IMG/VR virus record: IMGVR_UViG_3300010354_000084
Span: 233-64,232 of that record
DNA: 64,000 bases
Reading direction: 5' to 3' (one strand)
Source of the DNA: a virus
Lineage: Duplodnaviria > Caudoviricetes
The number at the start of each line of letters is the position of its first letter. The first letter of the stretch is position 1. The notes under the pieces were generated by a model. It ran no database searches. It saw only the letters and a list, made by a program, of their open reading frames with translations, and had not been told where the DNA came from. The translations under genes and the position numbers were made by a program. Positions 60,544 to 64,000 of the stretch are shown one piece after another.

Positions 60544-62718
60544 ATGCCCGTCAATCAAGAAGTAAAAGGTTCTCTCGCCAAACTACTGGCAACTGAAAAT
60601 CTTGTGATTGAGCACAAAAAAGTTTCTACTGCTTGCTTTGATGTTCTTAATCGTGTACTGACTCTTCCTATTTGGGATCGAGCGTCTTCTGTTGTCTATG
60701 ATCTTTTGGTGGGGCATGAAGTTGGTCATGCTTTGTATACTCCCACTGAAGATTGGAGTCAGACTCATCATCTTCCCAAAGACTTTGTGAATGTTGTTGA
60801 AGATGCCCGTGTAGAAAAACTGATGAAGAGACGGTATCCTGGTCTCGCTAAAAGTTTTTATAATGGTTATAAAGAACTGAATGAAGATGATTTCTTTGGA
60901 ATCTCTGGGACCGATATGGGTCGGGTTTCTTTGATTGATCGTATCAACCTTCACTTTAAAATTGGTGCTTATGCTTTTGTTCCTTTCTCTACGGAGGAAC
61001 AAATCTTTGTTGATATGACTGCTAATGCAGAAACCTTTGATGAGGTGCTGGAAGTTTGTCAACGTATTCTTGAGTATGTAAAAAATAAAAAGCAAGAAGA
61101 ACAACCTACTATTGAGCAAACTTCTTCTGTTAACCTTGGAGAAGGTGGAGAACAACTTCAGAAAGAAGAATCTGATGATACTTCTGACGATACTTCTGAT
61201 GAATCGATGAATGAAGATAATCAATCTAGTGAAGAAGAAGGAAACAACAATCCTTCTCAAACTTATAATGATCCTGTAGACGAAACAGTTTCTGAAACTC
61301 AACGTACCTTTAATGAAGAAGCAGAAAAACTGACTAATAAATCTAGGTTTGAAGATCCAATTTATGTAGAGGTTCCTAAAATTAATCTAGAAACTGTAGT
61401 ACTAAACAATACAGATGTTCGTGATTACCTGACAAAATCTTTTTGGGGGGTTGGTAAAGATAAAGAAAAGCATTATGGCGACATCTATGCTGAGGCAGAT
61501 AAACAATTTAATAATTATAAAAAAGAATCTCAAAAAGAAGTTAATTATCTCGTCAAAGAATTTGAGATGAAAAAATCAGCTGATAGCTATCAGCGTTTGT
61601 CTGTTTCTAAGTCTGGAGTTCTTGACACAAGTAAGCTTCATACTTACAAATATAGTGAAGATCTGTTCAAGAAAATTTCTGTGATTTCTGATGGAAAGAA
61701 TCATGGTCTGATTTTCATTATTGATTGGTCTGGATCTATGGGAAACTATCTTCTCGATACAGTTAAACAACTGCTCAATCTTTTGTGGTTCTGTAAGAAA
61801 GCACAGATTCCTTTTGAAGTCTATGGATTTACTCAAGAGTGGAATCCTAGGTATCTCGATAATGATATGTACTACGATCTTCCAGAGCATTATTCAAAAC
61901 AGCATGGCACTATCTCTGTGTGTAAGTACTTTCATCTTTTAAATTTCTTTTCATCTCAAGTAAGCACAAAAGATTTCCAAACTGATTGTATTAATCTTTG
62001 GAGACTTGCTTATAAGATGTCTGATAGTTATGGGACACAGTATCCAATTCCATATGGATTTGATTTGAGTTCTACGCCACTCAATGAAAGCATTATTGCT
62101 CTTCACCAATTAATTCCACAATTTAAAACAAAATATAAAGTTCAAAAAACAAATGTTGTTCTTCTAACTGATGGGGAAGCAAATAATATTCAATATGATG
62201 TAAACCTAAGCAAGCGATATCCTGATGGACCTGATCGTTTGGGATCTCATATCCTTCACAATCAAGTTCTTCGTGATCGGAAACTTGGCAGGATCTATCG
62301 TCCTTTCTCAAGTGAAATGCCTGATTGGGTAACTACAATTCTGCTCGAAAATTTGAAAGATAATTTCCCAGAGATTAATCTGATCGGGTTTAGAATTCTT
62401 AATGGCACTGCTGCTTCTTCTCTGGTACGGGAATCTCAGTGTGTTAGTAGGTATAATTATGAAAATGATCCTAAAGCTATTAAGAAAGTTGAAAACCTGA
62501 TGACGATTTGGAAAAAAGAACGAGCAGTTGAACTGAATGAAGGTGTAGGTTATCAAGCACTTTATGCTATTTCTTCCACTAATCTTTCTGTTAATACATC
62601 GTTTGATGTTTCTGAAACTGCTTCTACTAAAGAAATTGGCAAAGCATTTCGTGGAATGTTAAAGAAAAAAACAGTCAACAAAAAAATTCTGTCTTCTTTC
62701 AGTTCTTTGATTTCTTGA
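60544..62718 (+). CDS. HExxH metallopeptidase-like plus vWA domain protein (CobT-like partner of the CobS AAA+)
   Basis: GHEVGHAL, NVVEDARVE, acidic linker, MIDAS-like DWSGS, TPLNE, LTDGE. Confidence 0.8.
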   Translation: MPVNQEVKGSLAKLLATENLVIEHKKVSTACFDVLNRVLTLPIWDRASSVVYDLLVGHEVGHALYTPTEDWSQTHHLPKDFVNVVEDARVEKLMKRRYPGLAKSFYNGYKELNEDDFFGISGTDMGRVSLIDRINLHFKIGAYAFVPFSTEEQIFVDMTANAETFDEVLEVCQRILEYVKNKKQEEQPTIEQTSSVNLGEGGEQLQKEESDDTSDDTSDESMNEDNQSSEEEGNNNPSQTYNDPVDETVSETQRTFNEEAEKLTNKSRFEDPIYVEVPKINLETVVLNNTDVRDYLTKSFWGVGKDKEKHYGDIYAEADKQFNNYKKESQKEVNYLVKEFEMKKSADSYQRLSVSKSGVLDTSKLHTYKYSEDLFKKISVISDGKNHGLIFIIDWSGSMGNYLLDTVKQLLNLLWFCKKAQIPFEVYGFTQEWNPRYLDNDMYYDLPEHYSKQHGTISVCKYFHLLNFFSSQVSTKDFQTDCINLWRLAYKMSDSYGTQYPIPYGFDLSSTPLNESIIALHQLIPQFKTKYKVQKTNVVLLTDGEANNIQYDVNLSKRYPDGPDRLGSHILHNQVLRDRKLGRIYRPFSSEMPDWVTTILLENLKDNFPEINLIGFRILNGTAASSLVRESQCVSRYNYENDPKAIKKVENLMTIWKKERAVELNEGVGYQALYAISSTNLSVNTSFDVSETASTKEIGKAFRGMLKKKTVNKKILSSFSSLIS

Positions 62719-62737
62719 TTTGGTTGTGGATTTGGGG

Positions 62738-62766
62738 TTGACGAATCCCAAATCCTATGCTAGTAT
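62738..62766 (+). promoter_or_regulatory. Sigma70-like promoter TTGACG-17-TAGTAT (extended TG) overlapping a 12-bp hairpin (62728-62755)
   Basis: -35 at 62738-62743, -10 at 62761-62766. Confidence 0.6.
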
Positions 62767-62795
62767 TTTTTTATGAATTATATTTTAAAATAAAA

Positions 62796-63296
62796 ATGAA
62801 TCTTGTAAAACTTTGGGAAACTTATAGCGAGTCCGACCTACAGAAATGTGCTTTATTAACTTTAGATTATTTTCCTTTATGGATACAACAAAATAGATGG
62901 GCGTGGAAACATAATAAACATGGCGTTATGGCAACTTCATTTGCTAATGCCAAGCAGATTGTTGGTATGAAAAATTTCTTTGAATATCATTTTGACGACG
63001 AAAAAATAGCAACCAAGTATAAAAAAGCAACTCTAAATTATCTTTCTAATCATCCAGAAGATGTTGAAAAAAATTGTCCTAATTTTAAATCAACTTTCCC
63101 TACTATCTTAAATAGTAAATTAAAAAAATCTATAAACATACAAACTTTAAATGTCCCTGAAGTTCAAGATTCGTCTATTTTAATTACAGTTTCTGATCTA
63201 GATAAACTTAAAGATTTGATTATCTGTGGACAGAACAACAAAGTAAAAACAATGAAGTTAACTAAGGAAGGAGACTTGGAATTAGATTACAAGTGA
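62796..63296 (+). CDS. Hypothetical protein (166 aa), AT-rich
   Basis: ATG 62796 is preferred because the listed 62757 start lies inside the promoter; no recognised motif. Confidence 0.65.
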   Translation: MNLVKLWETYSESDLQKCALLTLDYFPLWIQQNRWAWKHNKHGVMATSFANAKQIVGMKNFFEYHFDDEKIATKYKKATLNYLSNHPEDVEKNCPNFKSTFPTILNSKLKKSINIQTLNVPEVQDSSILITVSDLDKLKDLIICGQNNKVKTMKLTKEGDLELDYK

Positions 63297-63298
63297 TC

Positions 63299-63355
63299 CA
63301 CTTTTAAAACTGTCCACCGCCCCTTCTCACGGAGGGGTTTTTGCTTTATAATACT
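63299..63355 (+). promoter_or_regulatory. Putative phage early/middle promoter, CACTTTnnnAACTGTCC-N31-TATAATACT, with an internal terminator-like hairpin (63319-63342)
   Basis: Second copy of the 60467 architecture; SD GAGG at 63369-63372. Confidence 0.6.
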
Positions 63356-63376
63356 TACATCAACACAAGAGGTTTT

Positions 63377-64000
63377 ATGCCCCGACTCGCCAACATTGAT
63401 CAAACTGCTTTGGTTGAATTTCTTTCTAAAAATTATGGTGATGAGTTTGGTAGCAATGCTGTGATTGCTGCTAGTGATCACTTTGGTGTTTCTTATCCTA
63501 CTCTTACTAAACGTCTTACTCAATACAAATCTGGCCACGGCCGTTGGAATTTGACTGTTCAAGAAAAACTTGAAAACACTTACAATGCTCCTGCTGCTGC
63601 TCCAGTAATTTCTGTGGAGCAACATATTGTACACAATCTTGTTCCTGTTAAAGATGATAACTTCGTCAGCTTTGGTAATTTCAGTGACGTTAAGAAAATT
63701 ATTTCTTCTGGCCTTTTCTACCCTGTGTTCATTACTGGTCTTTCTGGTAATGGTAAAACTTTCAGTGTAGAGCAAGCTTGTGCTCAACTGAAGCGTGAAC
63801 TGATTCGTGTTAACATCACTATTGAAACCGATGAGGATGATCTGATCGGTGGTTTCCGTCTGGTGGATGGTTCTACCGTGTGGCATAATGGTCCTGTGAT
63901 TGAAGCACTTGAACGTGGCGCTGTTCTTCTTCTAGATGAGATTGATTTGGCATCTAATAAGATTCTGTGTCTTCAATCTATCCTTGAAGGTAAAGGTGTC
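63377..64000 (+). CDS. cobS: CobS-like / MoxR-family AAA+ ATPase, 3' truncated by the window end (absent from the ORF track)
   Basis: MPRLANID...; Walker A GLSGNGKT, VNITIETDEDDLIGG, GPVIEALERGAVLLLDEIDL (Walker B); open to the end of the window. Confidence 0.9.
   Translation, partial: MPRLANIDQTALVEFLSKNYGDEFGSNAVIAASDHFGVSYPTLTKRLTQYKSGHGRWNLTVQEKLENTYNAPAAAPVISVEQHIVHNLVPVKDDNFVSFGNFSDVKKIISSGLFYPVFITGLSGNGKTFSVEQACAQLKRELIRVNITIETDEDDLIGGFRLVDGSTVWHNGPVIEALERGAVLLLDEIDLASNKILCLQSILEGKGV

Noticed and set aside
61171-61206. 12-nt tandem repeat (SDDTSDDTSDES)
   Set aside because: Ordinary low-complexity acidic linker.
60583-61302. 239-aa minus-strand ORF
   Set aside because: Shadow of the peptidase-vWA gene; F/I-rich composition with no motifs.
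63287-63886. 199-aa minus-strand ORF
   Set aside because: Antisense shadow of the cobS-like gene, which has clear Walker motifs and an SD on the + strand.
1-64000. tRNA/rRNA genes or alternative genetic code
   Set aside because: Intergenic gaps are short and no cloverleaf was seen; the standard code gives full-length genes at high coding density.

Overview
This 64 kb window comes from a T4-like cyanomyovirus, and every supported gene is on the + strand. Gene order: end of a gp7-like baseplate gene, gp8, three giant virion-protein genes (2693 aa VrlC/DUF4815-like, 3743 aa and 5499 aa fibre-like), a phage cpeT-like bilin lyase, the neck/terminase/tail/head module (g13-g23, g3), uvsY, uvsW, g55, g47, g46, an HExxH-vWA gene and the start of a cobS-like AAA+ gene. 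T4-type late promoters (NATAAATA), sigma70-like promoters and intrinsic terminators are visible. The main finding is in the 5499-aa fibre, which carries 11 domains that by eye resemble phycobiliprotein (phycocyanin-like globin) subunits. All 11 keep the C-x-R-D chromophore motif (Cys84/Arg86/Asp87 equivalent), a second Cys (beta-Cys155 equivalent) and a helix-A Asp (beta-Asp39 equivalent). The domains are nested inside one another rather than in tandem, and the cpeT-like lyase lies two genes downstream. Together this suggests an undescribed system for attaching bilin pigments to a virion fibre. All family calls come from motif recognition and gene order; no database search was run.
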